Shown: positions 1 to 10,702, numbered from the stretch's first letter. The stretch is 64,000 nt of DNA from Desulfurococcales archaeon (GCA_027022365.1 JALVYU010000026.1:64001-128000), one strand, 5' to 3'. Notes: generated by a model from the letters alone, not told the origin. Numbers and translations are program-made.

Positions 1-35
1 TATTATCGTGTCAGTAATGATTGCATTTATTATTC

Positions 36-746
36 TTATACTTGAAGCTCGCTATCATAGAGAATGAGGGATCTCCTGTGCCTATTTGTCCTTATATCAC
101 TTAATGCTTTAGCTGATAGCTCGAGAGCCTTACGTGAATTCAGTGATACGCCTACACCAGCCTTAAGATATGTTGGTAAGAGCTCCAATAGATCATTGAT
201 GGCATCTGTACTTAATACGGCGATCATATTGTCCCCGCCTAGATAACCCGTAATACCTCCGAGACGAATAGTAGCTCTCGTTATCTCGCTATAAACACTC
301 ATGATCTTGACATATGTTTCGAACACACTAGTCTGAATGGTTGTTCTCGTTATATTATTGAAATCTATGTGTACTACAGCCAGGGGTTCTTCCTCACCAC
401 CAATATACACGAGTTTTTCGTCTTCTTTTTCCGCAATTCTGCTTGCCATTAGCTGTGCTGTGAAGGGCCTCTTATGCACTAGTGATACTACCCTCACACC
501 TTTTGGAGAGAGCGGCTCAATATCTGTCAGTATTTCTTCAAGATCTTTTTCTTTAAAGCCATTACTGAGCGCTATGAAGTAATCGTATCTAACTGGTATG
601 ACAAAGCCTCCTCTCCTAGAAAACATTCTCTGAAGACTTGAGTAGATATTTGATTGTAGCTCCTGTATCTTCCACTCCCTATCATAGCCTAGTGTCTCCG
701 TCCACTCCCTGTACTCCAATAATTTTATGAGCGTTATACGGGGCAA
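36..746 (-). CDS. gch3: GTP cyclohydrolase III (IIa, ArfA family)
   Basis: N-terminal YREWTETLGxDREWKIQ motif and YLGGDN motif; last gene of the rib operon. Confidence 0.85.
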   Translation of the reverse strand: MPRITLIKLLEYREWTETLGYDREWKIQELQSNIYSSLQRMFSRRGGFVIPVRYDYFIALSNGFKEKDLEEILTDIEPLSPKGVRVVSLVHKRPFTAQLMASRIAEKEDEKLVYIGGEEEPLAVVHIDFNNITRTTIQTSVFETYVKIMSVYSEITRATIRLGGITGYLGGDNMIAVLSTDAINDLLELLPTYLKAGVGVSLNSRKALELSAKALSDIRTNRHRRSLILYDSELQV

Positions 747-773
747 AAGACTCTCTACCTATTCTATACTATT

Positions 774-1241
774 TTACTCAACGATGGCGGTCTCGTCAAC
801 GCTTAGCTCTATTTCGCCGAGTTTCTTTGTCCTTAATATCATCTTCACAACGGCTTCTACGGCTCTTCTGGCATAGTCCTCGATTCTCTCCATTGCCTGC
901 ATTCTTGTTGCTCCAGGCCCGATTATACCTAGTCCTACTGGTTTCCCATACTCTATCATTAGATCCATCATTTTCCTAGCTGTCTGGCCCGCCACTAATT
1001 CGTCGTGTTTTGTCTCCCCCTGTATGACTGCACCGAGAGCCACTACTCCGTCAAGCTCTTTTCTTTCTAGTAGTTTTTTCACGGCAAACGGTATCTCGTA
1101 TGTCCCGGGAACTTTCACTACGATGGGAACTTTTACGCCTAGGAATTTTGCATGATTTATTGCTTTCTGGAGCATTAGATAAGTTATATCATAGTTGAAT
1201 TCTGCTACGACAATGCCTATCTTTACATCCATTGTAAACAC
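774..1241 (-). CDS. ribH: 6,7-dimethyl-8-ribityllumazine synthase
   Basis: [15 protein letters not shown] and [12 protein letters not shown] motifs. Confidence 0.95.
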   Translation of the reverse strand: MFTMDVKIGIVVAEFNYDITYLMLQKAINHAKFLGVKVPIVVKVPGTYEIPFAVKKLLERKELDGVVALGAVIQGETKHDELVAGQTARKMMDLMIEYGKPVGLGIIGPGATRMQAMERIEDYARRAVEAVVKMILRTKKLGEIELSVDETAIVE

Positions 1242-1246
1242 ACCAC

Positions 1247-1717
1247 CTACATTTTGAGCGGACCTACATCGGGCCTACCTTGTCTAAGGCCTTGCCCAGC
1301 ATATCTTGTAAGTGCTTCTCGTCCATGTCTAATTAGTTTTACAAGATTTAAAGCATGCTCCATCGCCCTGTTCTTAGCGATCTCGAGGAGCTCGTCCGGG
1401 TTATCAGCCTCATCCTCGTGTACTGTCACGTCAATAATGTGCTTACCGGTCATGATCTGGAGGATTATGAGGCCAGTGCTCATAGCTAAGTAGCTGTACT
1501 TATCAACCTGTTTGGCTCCCACCCAGCCCAAAGTTATGACAGCCTCACATCCTTCGTTCATTATAAGATTCCTAGCAGCCACTGGTATGTCTTTGATGCC
1601 GGGAACAGTGTATCTTATTATCTTTGCCTCGGGCAGATTTTCTTGGATAACTTTAATGGCGTATCTCGCCATATCTACCCTTGAAAATGTCGTGTCGACA
1701 ACGCCTATTTTAATCAT
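1247..1717 (-). CDS. ribC: archaeal riboflavin synthase
   Basis: [16 protein letters not shown] start, [14 protein letters not shown] and GLRQG motifs; start moved to the ATG at 1717, which overlaps the ribB stop. Confidence 0.92.
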   Translation of the reverse strand: MIKIGVVDTTFSRVDMARYAIKVIQENLPEAKIIRYTVPGIKDIPVAARNLIMNEGCEAVITLGWVGAKQVDKYSYLAMSTGLIILQIMTGKHIIDVTVHEDEADNPDELLEIAKNRAMEHALNLVKLIRHGREALTRYAGQGLRQGRPDVGPLKM

Positions 1718-2396
1718 ATAGGAAGCCCCTCTTCTCAGCCTCCGTAATGATGTCGAAGCCGTTGATGAAGAGCAGGCCGTTCCTCCTCGCAAATTTTCGT
1801 GCGTCTTCGTAGGGCAGGCTTATTCCCTCAGCAAGCATTTCCGCTATAACCACGCTAGGGGTTAAACCAGTGATCAAGGCTAGGGCTGTTGCGAGCTCCG
1901 TATGTCCCCGCCTATTCGCTATTCCTCTCGATGTTAGTAATGGAACATGTCCTGGAGCGTAGAACTCCCGCTTAAATGTTTCGATCGCTTCTGTACTGAA
2001 GCCCTTATACACTAGTTCTGCAACTTTGTGGAGACGCTTAATTGTTAATGCTTTATCGTTATCATTTATTCCCGTCCTAGTATCAACATGGTTTAGCCAT
2101 ATATTGAAGGCTGGAGGATCGCCGTATCTGGGCCTCTTAACACTAATTTCTCGTAGGACGGGGTGCTTCGATAGAAGCTCGTTCATGAACGGTAATTGAA
2201 GTGTTTCCCTGAACTTACTACCGGATACGAAGCATATCAGTCCTCCGGCGTTTTTCCTCAAATAAGTTATTTTCTTAGAGTCTATTACACCAGCATAGAA
2301 TATCATATCAGTCTCAGCTTCTCTCTCAGCACTATCAAACACTAAGACAGGCTTTCCTGAAAGGAGCTCGTTTCTAACAGCTATCCAATCAACCAA
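1710..2396 (-). CDS. ribB: 3,4-dihydroxy-2-butanone-4-phosphate synthase
   Basis: REAETD, GLIC, RTGIND, PGHVP and RRGHTE motifs; start probably the TTG at 2396, because the longer ORF would run over the sRNA and the divergent gene. Confidence 0.9.
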   Translation of the reverse strand: MVDWIAVRNELLSGKPVLVFDSAEREAETDMIFYAGVIDSKKITYLRKNAGGLICFVSGSKFRETLQLPFMNELLSKHPVLREISVKRPRYGDPPAFNIWLNHVDTRTGINDNDKALTIKRLHKVAELVYKGFSTEAIETFKREFYAPGHVPLLTSRGIANRRGHTELATALALITGLTPSVVIAEMLAEGISLPYEDARKFARRNGLLFINGFDIITEAEKRGFLYD

Positions 2397-2478
2397 GTCT
2401 AGTACACCATTAGGATTCTGTTCTATAGTGTGTTTAGGGTACACTAATAATAAGGTATTCCTACCAAGATTACTCTTT

Positions 2479-2541
2479 GGGCGATGAAGATTCCTAGTCC
2501 AGTCCGATGGAGGTGAGGAAGGGATCTCCGGCACAGAGCCC
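2479..2541 (+). ncRNA. C/D-box methylation guide sRNA, predicted target tRNA-Gly(GCC)
   Basis: GGGC/GCCC terminal stem; C ATGAAGA 2484-90, D' CCGA 2504-07, C' GTGAGGA 2513-19, D CAGA 2534-37; both guides exactly complementary to the tRNA-Gly gene at 48043-48144. Confidence 0.8.
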
Positions 2542-3627
2542 TTGATCATAAATCTCGACAAGATACTTATGGGAGAAAACCTGGATGTGATCGAGCATGT
2601 CTATATTCAGATAGAAGACGGTATAATAACGGATATCGAGCAGACATGGTCGCCAGACGGATTAAATATTGGCGGGATCGCTTTACCTCTCCCAGTTAAT
2701 GCACATGTACACTTAAACGACTATGTTGCTCCGGAGTCCTGTATAGGTTATGATCTAGCATCGTTTGTGGGGAGCAAAGGAATAAAGTTACCCATTACAC
2801 GTTTGTTAAGACATAAATTTGTTGATAACCCGCTGGCCAAATCGATCAGTATATACTACGCCTTAGCTGATTTTCAAGAACACAAAGATTATTGTAGAGA
2901 AAACAAGGAGCTCATAGAAAGAAACGGGCCTAGGTACCTCGGGCTTTCCAGACCCTTTAATCCACTTGATACGGTAGAATACGATGATGTAGCAAGGATT
3001 TGCGGTGGTATAGGGATATCGAATCCGCTGAGGATACCTCCATATGTTATGGAAGAAATCTCCCGTCTCTCCCTCATGTATCCAGTCAGTGCGCATGTTA
3101 GCGAAACAAGGCGAATGGAAGATAGGGGTAGTCTTCACTATCTTTTGAATTATAGAGCGAGACTAGTTAGTGTTGTACATGGTATTTTTCTCAAAAAATG
3201 GGAGTTCAGACGGCTGGCAGAAGAAAATATACCGCTCGTGGTCTGCCCACGTAGTAACTTATGGTTTATTGGAAGAACAGCAGACATAGCTACTGCTCTC
3301 AAAGAAGGAGTTACCATAGCTTTGGGTACAGATAATGCAGGCTGTTTCCACCCAGATATCTTTGCCGAGATGGATTTGTTGTTCACAATATATAGAGGGA
3401 ACATCAATGCACGCGAGATTGTCAAGATGGCCTTTACTAATGGTTACAAAGCACTAGGTACATCGCCGAGATTTATAGATGTCAGACAACCAGCTGATAT
3501 GTTAATATTGAGAGAGCCTAGGCTTGCCAAATATTCATGGAACGTGTACGGCTCGATCATTAGAAGAGGTGCTTATTGTGATAAACTCGTTGTACGGGGT
3601 GGGGATATTATAAAGAGTTTTAACTAG
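2542..3627 (+). CDS. amidohydrolase / metal-dependent deaminase
   Basis: NAHVH, AHVSE, VHG, CPRSN and LGTDN metal-binding motifs. Confidence 0.85.
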   Translation: MIINLDKILMGENLDVIEHVYIQIEDGIITDIEQTWSPDGLNIGGIALPLPVNAHVHLNDYVAPESCIGYDLASFVGSKGIKLPITRLLRHKFVDNPLAKSISIYYALADFQEHKDYCRENKELIERNGPRYLGLSRPFNPLDTVEYDDVARICGGIGISNPLRIPPYVMEEISRLSLMYPVSAHVSETRRMEDRGSLHYLLNYRARLVSVVHGIFLKKWEFRRLAEENIPLVVCPRSNLWFIGRTADIATALKEGVTIALGTDNAGCFHPDIFAEMDLLFTIYRGNINAREIVKMAFTNGYKALGTSPRFIDVRQPADMLILREPRLAKYSWNVYGSIIRRGAYCDKLVVRGGDIIKSFN

Positions 3628-3678
3628 ATAAGACAATACCTTTTCCCCGAATAAATCTAGGCAAAGGGTGTATGCTAA

Positions 3679-4785
3679 TTGTCAACGATACTAGACCCAT
3701 GGGGCCACTTTGCCATAGAGAAATACGAGAAACTCTTCAAACAATTCGGTATTCAGCCCATTGATACTGTTCTAGAAAAGCTCCCCGTTAAACACCATTT
3801 CTTCACGAGAAGAATAGTGTTCGGCCATAGAGATTTCGATAAATGGCTCGACGCCCTCAATCGTGGGGAAAAAGTCGCTGTATTGACGGGTTTCATGCCC
3901 AGCGGCCATACCCATCTAGGACACCTAATGGTTTTCGAAGAGCTAAAATATCTTCAGAGCCTTGGTGTACATGTTAAAATTGTAGTCGCAGATGCGGAAG
4001 CATATGCTGTCAGAAAGCTTGATCGTAGAAAAGTGATCGAGTATGGCTTAGAGTATATACGCCACGCCATAGCATGGGGGCTCGACCCTTCTAAGACCGA
4101 ATTCTATTTCCAGACGAACAATACAACCCCATACTATAGGCTAATCCAGATGTTCTCGAGAAAGATAACGAAGGCCGAGTTCGAGGCCATTTACGGTGAG
4201 GCTAGTCCGGGAAAAATCGTCGCAGCGCTGACACAGGCATCGGACATCCTCCATATGCAACTGAGAGCCTATGGTGGTTACAAACATATCCTTGTGCCAG
4301 TAGGCGCTGATCAAGACCCCCATCTCCGCCTAACAAGAGATCTAGCTGATAGATTTGCACAAGAGCTTGGTCTAAGGAGGCCTGCATCATTCTATCATAA
4401 ATTCATACGTGGCCTCGATGGAAACAAGATGAGCAGCAGCAAATCAGATTTCGCGATCCTCCTATTAGACAAACCCGAGGTAATTAAGAAAAAAGTAATG
4501 ATGGCGCTGACGGGCGGTAGGCCCACGGCTGAAGAGCAGAGGCTTCTCGGCGGCGAGCCAGAGAAGTGTACGATCTATGAGCTATATACATACTTTCTGT
4601 TACGAGACGATGAAGAACTAAAGAAACAGTACGAAAGGTGTAGGAAGGGCGAGATCCTCTGTGGTAAGTGCAAGAAGAACGCGCTAAAACTATTATTAGA
4701 GATGATCAAGACTCATCAGGAGAAATACAGAGAGCTCTTGGAGAGTCAGATTGTCGAAAAACACGTGGATATACCTGATTTCTAA
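3679..4785 (+). CDS. trpS: tryptophanyl-tRNA synthetase
   Basis: TGFMPSGHTHLGH (HIGH), GADQDPH and KMSSS motifs. Confidence 0.95.
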   Translation: MSTILDPWGHFAIEKYEKLFKQFGIQPIDTVLEKLPVKHHFFTRRIVFGHRDFDKWLDALNRGEKVAVLTGFMPSGHTHLGHLMVFEELKYLQSLGVHVKIVVADAEAYAVRKLDRRKVIEYGLEYIRHAIAWGLDPSKTEFYFQTNNTTPYYRLIQMFSRKITKAEFEAIYGEASPGKIVAALTQASDILHMQLRAYGGYKHILVPVGADQDPHLRLTRDLADRFAQELGLRRPASFYHKFIRGLDGNKMSSSKSDFAILLLDKPEVIKKKVMMALTGGRPTAEEQRLLGGEPEKCTIYELYTYFLLRDDEELKKQYERCRKGEILCGKCKKNALKLLLEMIKTHQEKYRELLESQIVEKHVDIPDF

Positions 4786-4799
4786 GACGTTATCACCCT

Positions 4800-5447
4800 T
4801 CATCCACTTATTTCCTCAACAAGACGTAATGCGACTGATAATGGATCATCAGCCTTCGTTATAGCGGAGCCCACAATTATTATTTCCGCCCCAGCCTCTA
4901 CGAGGGGCTTTGCCTTACCTGGCTTTATGCCTCCAGCTACGGCTACTGTTGCATTTAGCCGAGCTAGTTTCTTTATCTCGTTAACCATATCAGATGCTGT
5001 TATTCCTCTTCTCCTTTGGACATCTATGCCGAGATGATACAGTATTATATCCGCTCCGAGACTGATTACTTCCTCTGCTCGCTTCACCGGATCGGTACAG
5101 TTAATAAGGTCTACCATGACCTGTCCATTGTATCTGCGGGCTGTTTTTACAGCATCGATGATGGTCGAGTCATCAGCTAGTCCAAGCACGGTTACGATAT
5201 CTGCACCTGCTCTAAACATGATTTCGGATTCAAATCCTCCTACGTCCATTGTCTTTGTATCTGCAACCACTTTTGACTGTGTGATTTCTTTCAATAGTTT
5301 TACACTCAATGTCCCCCAGGATTTTATGAGGGGTGTGCCTGCCTCAATCAATAGTTTTTCTCTGTCAAGCTCGGAGGATAAGATGCTTGCAAGCCTTAGG
5401 GCGAAGGAGATGTTATCCGTGTCGAGGGCTACTTGAAGTAATGCCAT
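4800..5447 (-). CDS. 3-hexulose-6-phosphate synthase (HUMPS/OMPDC fold)
   Basis: LQVALD, EAGTPLIK, ADTKTMDVG and VAGGI motifs. Confidence 0.88.
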   Translation of the reverse strand: MALLQVALDTDNISFALRLASILSSELDREKLLIEAGTPLIKSWGTLSVKLLKEITQSKVVADTKTMDVGGFESEIMFRAGADIVTVLGLADDSTIIDAVKTARRYNGQVMVDLINCTDPVKRAEEVISLGADIILYHLGIDVQRRRGITASDMVNEIKKLARLNATVAVAGGIKPGKAKPLVEAGAEIIIVGSAITKADDPLSVALRLVEEISG

Positions 5448-5503
5448 TTATTCCACCATGCATATCCAATACTATAAAGTGTATTTGAATAGAGCGCCTA
5501 GAA

Positions 5504-6238
5504 GTGATTATCTTGTACAATATCAAGGAGGAAAAGACTAGGCTCCGGCGACTTATATGGGATCTCATGGAGAGAAGGAATATCTCGAGGTTCCCACGAC
5601 CCGTATATGGTAGGATACCTAATTTTGTCGGTGCAGAAGAGGCGGCTAAAAGGGCTTTATCGCTCAGCGAGTGGAGGAGAGCACTGGTTGTAAAGGTTAA
5701 TCCCGATTCTCCTCAGAGGCCGCTCAGAGAACTCGCACTTCAGGAGGGGAAGAAGGTTATAATGGCTACTCCGCGTTTGAGACGGGGATTCATAATGATC
5801 GATCCAGCATTTATCCCAAATTCTATGATCAAGTTTGCATCAACAATTAAGGGTGCATTTAGGCTGGGCAGACTTTTACGCCTAAGAGAGATTCCTCCCA
5901 TTGACCTGATAATTACTGGATGCGTGGCCGTTGATCGGAGAGGAAATAGACTAGGTAAGGGAGGAGGTTATGCAGAAATAGAATATGCCATACTAAGAGA
6001 ACTCGGCGTCATAGATGAAAGCACACCCGTTATTACAACAGTCCACGATATCCAGATAGTTGATCATGTTCCTAGAGAGGAGCATGACTTGACAGTAGAC
6101 ATAATTTTAACGCCAACCAAGACATTGAGAATAGAGCCTAGACCGCCAAAACCAAAGGGGATTTACTGGAACTTATTGGGTGAAAAGAAGGACCTGCCTG
6201 TCATCAAAGAACTGCAACAATTACTCTCTCGGAAATAA
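5504..6238 (+). CDS. 5-formyltetrahydrofolate cyclo-ligase family protein
   Basis: GRIPNFVGA, NPDSPQ, RLGKGGGY and HDLTVD motifs. Confidence 0.88.
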   Translation: MIILYNIKEEKTRLRRLIWDLMERRNISRFPRPVYGRIPNFVGAEEAAKRALSLSEWRRALVVKVNPDSPQRPLRELALQEGKKVIMATPRLRRGFIMIDPAFIPNSMIKFASTIKGAFRLGRLLRLREIPPIDLIITGCVAVDRRGNRLGKGGGYAEIEYAILRELGVIDESTPVITTVHDIQIVDHVPREEHDLTVDIILTPTKTLRIEPRPPKPKGIYWNLLGEKKDLPVIKELQQLLSRK

Positions 6239-6280
6239 AACCCTTATTTTGAAACCATAGTTAAGAAAGTAGATAGGTGC

Positions 6281-7381
6281 GTGGTTGTGGATCCCAAGAA
6301 CCTGCTTGAAACAGCCAGAAATATAACAAATAACACACTGAGAGAAGTGCTTGACGAGGTTCTACGTGAGGCAAGCAGTGTAACGGCTTACGCATCGGAA
6401 CTAATAGACTTTATCAGCGATTACACATTGCGTGGTGGTAAGAGGCTGAGAGCATTCCTTGTACTGATAGGATATTGGGCGGAGAAGTGGGGTAGCGGAA
6501 ACCTTGACACGATACGATATATCATGGCCGCTATAGAGTTTATGCAGAGCTACTTCTTGGCCCATGATGATATAATGGATAGAGACACCATGAGGAGAGG
6601 CGGGCCCACAGTACACGTTATGTTTGAGCAGAGCTGTAGGGATAAATCCTTGCTGACTGATTGCAAACATTATGGTTTAAGTCAGGCTATTCTCGGGGGA
6701 GACTACTTAGAGAGCTTGACAACTTACTCTTTCTATAAATCGGGTGTAACTAGTGAAGATCTACGTAGGCTAATATATTACTATACTCGTGGTCTTCGCC
6801 TAGTATCGTATGGGCAATTCTTGGATGTTCTGATAGCCGGTCTACCTCTTGATAAGGTTACCGAGAAAGACGTGATTACAATCCATAAGTACAAGACGGC
6901 GTCCTACACCATAGAGCTACCATTATACCTGGGAGCAATCGCAGCTGGGTCGAAAAACCATAGGCTTTTCGAAGCCTTTACCGCTTACGCCTACCCCGCT
7001 GGCGTGGCTTTCCAGATACAAGATGATATCTTAGGCCTATACGGCGATCCAAAGGTTACAGGGAAGCCTGTTGGGAGCGATGTTAGGGAGAAAAAGAAGA
7101 CACTACTTGTTGTCAAGGCCTACGAATGGGGTAATGAAGAAGATAAAGAGTTTCTGAGACTAGTATATGATAAAAAGAAGCCTGAAGAGATAGGTGAAGA
7201 TGATATTCTAAGGGTTCAAGAGATCGTGAGGAAGACTGGTAGTCTTGATTATAGTTTGGGTTACATGCAGAGACTGACGAGAGAAGCTAAGGTCGCGCTT
7301 GATAATTGTGAGAATATAAGTTCTGAGGCTAGAGAAGTGCTTGAATGGCTCTTGGAGCTAATAATTAAACGCAAGAAATAG
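6281..7381 (+). CDS. geranylgeranyl diphosphate (polyprenyl) synthase
   Basis: GGKRLR, HDDIMDxxxxRRG, KTA and FQIQDD motifs. Confidence 0.93.
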   Translation: MVVDPKNLLETARNITNNTLREVLDEVLREASSVTAYASELIDFISDYTLRGGKRLRAFLVLIGYWAEKWGSGNLDTIRYIMAAIEFMQSYFLAHDDIMDRDTMRRGGPTVHVMFEQSCRDKSLLTDCKHYGLSQAILGGDYLESLTTYSFYKSGVTSEDLRRLIYYYTRGLRLVSYGQFLDVLIAGLPLDKVTEKDVITIHKYKTASYTIELPLYLGAIAAGSKNHRLFEAFTAYAYPAGVAFQIQDDILGLYGDPKVTGKPVGSDVREKKKTLLVVKAYEWGNEEDKEFLRLVYDKKKPEEIGEDDILRVQEIVRKTGSLDYSLGYMQRLTREAKVALDNCENISSEAREVLEWLLELIIKRKK

Positions 7382-7397
7382 ACTGCAGGAAACTTGA

Positions 7398-7661
7398 TTA
7401 TTTTTGCTCTTCCGCCTCCTCCTTCTCTAGTTCCCTTATCATTTTCTCGACTTCTTCCGGGGGAAGGGACGGCGTAGTTGCTAGTACATAACCTATGTAA
7501 CCTATGATTCCAAATAATATGAGCATACTGAAATATACTGTTAATTTTATCACAATGATCGATATTGTTTCTCCTGCTCCGAAGACCAACCAAGTATAAA
7601 TGATTGCGAAGACCACTGCTAGACATATCAATAGAAAGCCGGCAAGCCTGCTATAACCCAT
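7398..7661 (-). CDS. small two-TM membrane protein
   Basis: Two hydrophobic segments, acidic tail and an upstream RBS-like sequence. Confidence 0.7.
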   Translation of the reverse strand: MGYSRLAGFLLICLAVVFAIIYTWLVFGAGETISIIVIKLTVYFSMLILFGIIGYIGYVLATTPSLPPEEVEKMIRELEKEEAEEQK

Positions 7662-7750
7662 AATTCATCACTCATTAATATGCTATCTATTAATTATCGA
7701 GTCGTCAGCATAAAAACTATGTATGAGAAAAGATTTATGGCTGATCGTCC

Positions 7751-8020
7751 TTGGGCAGAAGACGGGGAGAAATAGAGGAGTGGCTTAGGAAAGTTGTTTT
7801 CTCCGGCGAGAAAAACGAATACATAGTTTTTATTAAGCATCGAACCGATGAAGGCGTAATCTTAAGACCCATTCCAGGCAGGTTCATAGATGATCTTAGG
7901 CGGGGCTATCTATACGTTGGTGAGGAGATGATTCCTTTTCATCGAGTCGTCGAGATAAGAAGAAAAGATGGGACAATAGTTTACAGTAGGAGGATAGGGG
8001 AGAAAAAACAGGGCCTTTAG
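7751..8020 (+). CDS. DUF504/MJ1316-like RNA-repair domain protein
   Basis: IPFHRVVEIR motif. Confidence 0.75.
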   Translation: MGRRRGEIEEWLRKVVFSGEKNEYIVFIKHRTDEGVILRPIPGRFIDDLRRGYLYVGEEMIPFHRVVEIRRKDGTIVYSRRIGEKKQGL

Positions 8021-9294
8021 ATCCAGCCCCTGAGCTTCATCGCTCTTACTACACGGTCTACTGCGATCGCATAGGCAGCAGCTCTCATTGGGTAATCGCT
8101 GTACTTCTTCTGCCATTCATCGAATACTCTGTTGAAGTTCCTGGTCATTATCCTGTCTAGTCTCTCGAGTGCTTCCTCGTCTGTTAGCCAGCAGCCCATA
8201 CGGTTGTGGCTCCACTCGATCCAGCTCATTGTCACGCCGCCAGCATTGGCGAGGATATCGGGCACTATGATTACGCCTTTCTTGTGGAGGATTTCTTCTG
8301 CCTCGGGGGTTGTCGGTCCGTTTGCACCCTCGCTGATAACCTTTGCCTTTATCTTGTCGGCGTTCTTGATGGTTATCACGTTCTCTGTCGCGGCGGGGAT
8401 AAGTATGTCTACATCTAGCTCTAGGAGTTCCTCGTTGCTGATTATCTTGACGTCTCCCTTCTTATAGTTAGTTACCTTTCTTGTCTCGTTCTTTACCTTG
8501 ATTGCTTCTTCAACATCGATTCCGTTGGGGTCATAGATTGCTCCGCTCCTGTCGCTAACTGCTACTACTTTGGCACCCCACTGCTTGAGGTAAAGGGCCG
8601 CGTACTGGCCTACGTTTCCGAATCCCTGGATCGCCACGGTCTTGCCCTCCACTCCACCGATCCAGCGCTTAGCAGCTTCTCTGGCTGTTAGGGCAGTGCC
8701 GTAGCCAGTTGATACTATTCTCGCGTGTAGTCCGCCCAGCTCTACCGGCTTAGCGGTTACTACACCCCAGGCATTGTAACCTACGATCTTGCTGTACTCG
8801 TCGAAATACCAGGCCATTGTCTGTGGGTTGGTGTAGACATCAGGAGCGGGTATGTCGACGTCAGGGCCTACGTCCTTGGCTATCGCTGCAAAGTATTTCC
8901 TGCTTAGCTCTTCTAACTCTCTCTGGCTTAGCTCCTTGGGGTTAACTCTTATTCCTCCCTTGCCACCACCATAGGGTATTCCTGCAAGGCTGTTCTTCCA
9001 GGTCATCCACATTGAGAGAGCCACTACTTCTCCGGGAGTCACGTCCTCACGGTACCTGATACCGCCCTTATAGGGGCCTAGGGCACTGTTGTGCTGGCTT
9101 CTCCAGCCAATATATACTTCGATCTTACCATTGTCTCTCCTTATGGGTATCTTGACCTGTACGAGCTTCTCTGGATGACGTAACACTTCGACGATCTCGT
9201 CAGGAAGACCGAGAAGCTTTGCTGCTTCTCGTAGCTGTTTTACAGCCATTTGGTAAGTAGGATCGTTTTCGTATAAGATAGGTGAGATCTCCAT
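8017..9294 (-). CDS. gdhA: glutamate dehydrogenase
   Basis: GPYKGGIRY, GGGKGG, PAPDV, QGFGNVG and EGANGP motifs. Confidence 0.97.
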   Translation of the reverse strand: MEISPILYENDPTYQMAVKQLREAAKLLGLPDEIVEVLRHPEKLVQVKIPIRRDNGKIEVYIGWRSQHNSALGPYKGGIRYREDVTPGEVVALSMWMTWKNSLAGIPYGGGKGGIRVNPKELSQRELEELSRKYFAAIAKDVGPDVDIPAPDVYTNPQTMAWYFDEYSKIVGYNAWGVVTAKPVELGGLHARIVSTGYGTALTAREAAKRWIGGVEGKTVAIQGFGNVGQYAALYLKQWGAKVVAVSDRSGAIYDPNGIDVEEAIKVKNETRKVTNYKKGDVKIISNEELLELDVDILIPAATENVITIKNADKIKAKVISEGANGPTTPEAEEILHKKGVIIVPDILANAGGVTMSWIEWSHNRMGCWLTDEEALERLDRIMTRNFNRVFDEWQKKYSDYPMRAAAYAIAVDRVVRAMKLRGWI

Positions 9295-9511
9295 TCGGAA
9301 TCACCACTATTGTTTTCTGTACATTAAGAATATACTGTATTGTTAGGTATATATATTCTTCGGTAGAGTACTTATATGTTAATACTACTATGGGTGGGAA
9401 CTAAGTGGGTATATATGTGCATATAAATGGGCTGTAAATACCAAAATAGAATATCATATCATATATATCTACAAGAACAAGAGTTGTATATAGATGTATA
9501 TATAACAAAAC

Positions 9512-10702
9512 CTACTCTTCCCTTATAATCAACGTATCGCTATTCTCCTGAAGTGTTTTGAATAACTTGGATATATCTACATCCTTTATTGAAGGCAAAA
9601 TATGCGGCTTAGGCGGCTCCTCTCCGGGCTTTAGAGCTCCTCTTCTCGCCAGCTCCTCGACTATCCTTTTCTTAATAGTATCATCGGCCAACACACTATG
9701 ATATATCGTCGATAGACTCTTCTTGATCATGTCTGGTATGTGAGATTCATCTCTCTCCTCGTGTATATGGGGATTACGAGGCTCTATCTGGTATATCTCG
9801 ATCGTTTTCTCGAAGACATCTTTATCCACGTTCTTCTTTATCCCTGTGTACTCTTCGAGCATGTAGACTATTTCATAGGGCTCTATACTGAAGCCGCTCG
9901 CATAGGCTAGTTTGTCCACGAGCTCCATGGTCATAGCATGTTCTCCGGCGTTACTCGTCTTTATGATGTCCGTCTCGAACTTTGTCAGCCTTGCAATCAA
10001 CATGTTCATGAACCTATTAGTTATCTCTGATACACGCCCTCTTCTTCTGAAATAGAATCTTCTGCCTACAAACTTCGTCTTATATGGCCATTTTATTCGG
10101 ATCATAGTGTATGGTGATTGCGCCATGTAGAAGCCGGCTGCATAAATGTCAACATACTCGTTGACTGCTCCCGGTATATAGTTATCCGAGTCTATAAAAC
10201 CAACGTATCTTCTCCCAATGATCTTTGATAAGAGCAATCCCAGGACCATGCCTTCCCCCTTTCCATCTCTGATCCTCCCTGTTTCATCAAGAAGATAAGG
10301 ATAACCTGCCTCCACGAGTGCATCGCTAAAAGCCAGGTCTTTCTGGTGTATCATGAGAAAAGGCCGCCTCGTTAAGCGGTAGAACTGATATACTGTATCA
10401 AGCTCGATCCTATATCTGTCGATGGGTTCTCGTCGGCTATTAGAGACAATTATGACAAAAGCCTCATGCGGGATCCCGCTAAGAACTCCTTCAAGGACTT
10501 TTGGATTCTCGTCTTTAACCGGTATTATTATAGTCATATTTGACTCAAGCTCTTCGAGCTCCGCCCTACCAATGTTTATAGTGCCGGCCACATCGCCTAA
10601 TGGCCCGCTCGACTTACCACCTGTTAGCTCAAGCACCCTCTGAACATCGAAAAACTTGACAGCGCCAAATCGCTCCATATACCTGGGCATCTCTAGTCTC
10701 AC
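9512..10702 (-). CDS. mpgS: mannosyl-3-phosphoglycerate synthase
   Basis: MRLEMPRYMERFG, GKGEGM, FIDSDNYIPG and NAGEHAM motifs. Confidence 0.92.
   Translation of the reverse strand: MRLEMPRYMERFGAVKFFDVQRVLELTGGKSSGPLGDVAGTINIGRAELEELESNMTIIIPVKDENPKVLEGVLSGIPHEAFVIIVSNSRREPIDRYRIELDTVYQFYRLTRRPFLMIHQKDLAFSDALVEAGYPYLLDETGRIRDGKGEGMVLGLLLSKIIGRRYVGFIDSDNYIPGAVNEYVDIYAAGFYMAQSPYTMIRIKWPYKTKFVGRRFYFRRRGRVSEITNRFMNMLIARLTKFETDIIKTSNAGEHAMTMELVDKLAYASGFSIEPYEIVYMLEEYTGIKKNVDKDVFEKTIEIYQIEPRNPHIHEERDESHIPDMIKKSLSTIYHSVLADDTIKKRIVEELARRGALKPGEEPPKPHILPSIKDVDISKLFKTLQENSDTLIIREE

Noticed and set aside
9330-9510. TA-rich repeats upstream of gdhA
   Set aside because: Consistent with ordinary promoter/terminator sequence; no defined unit.
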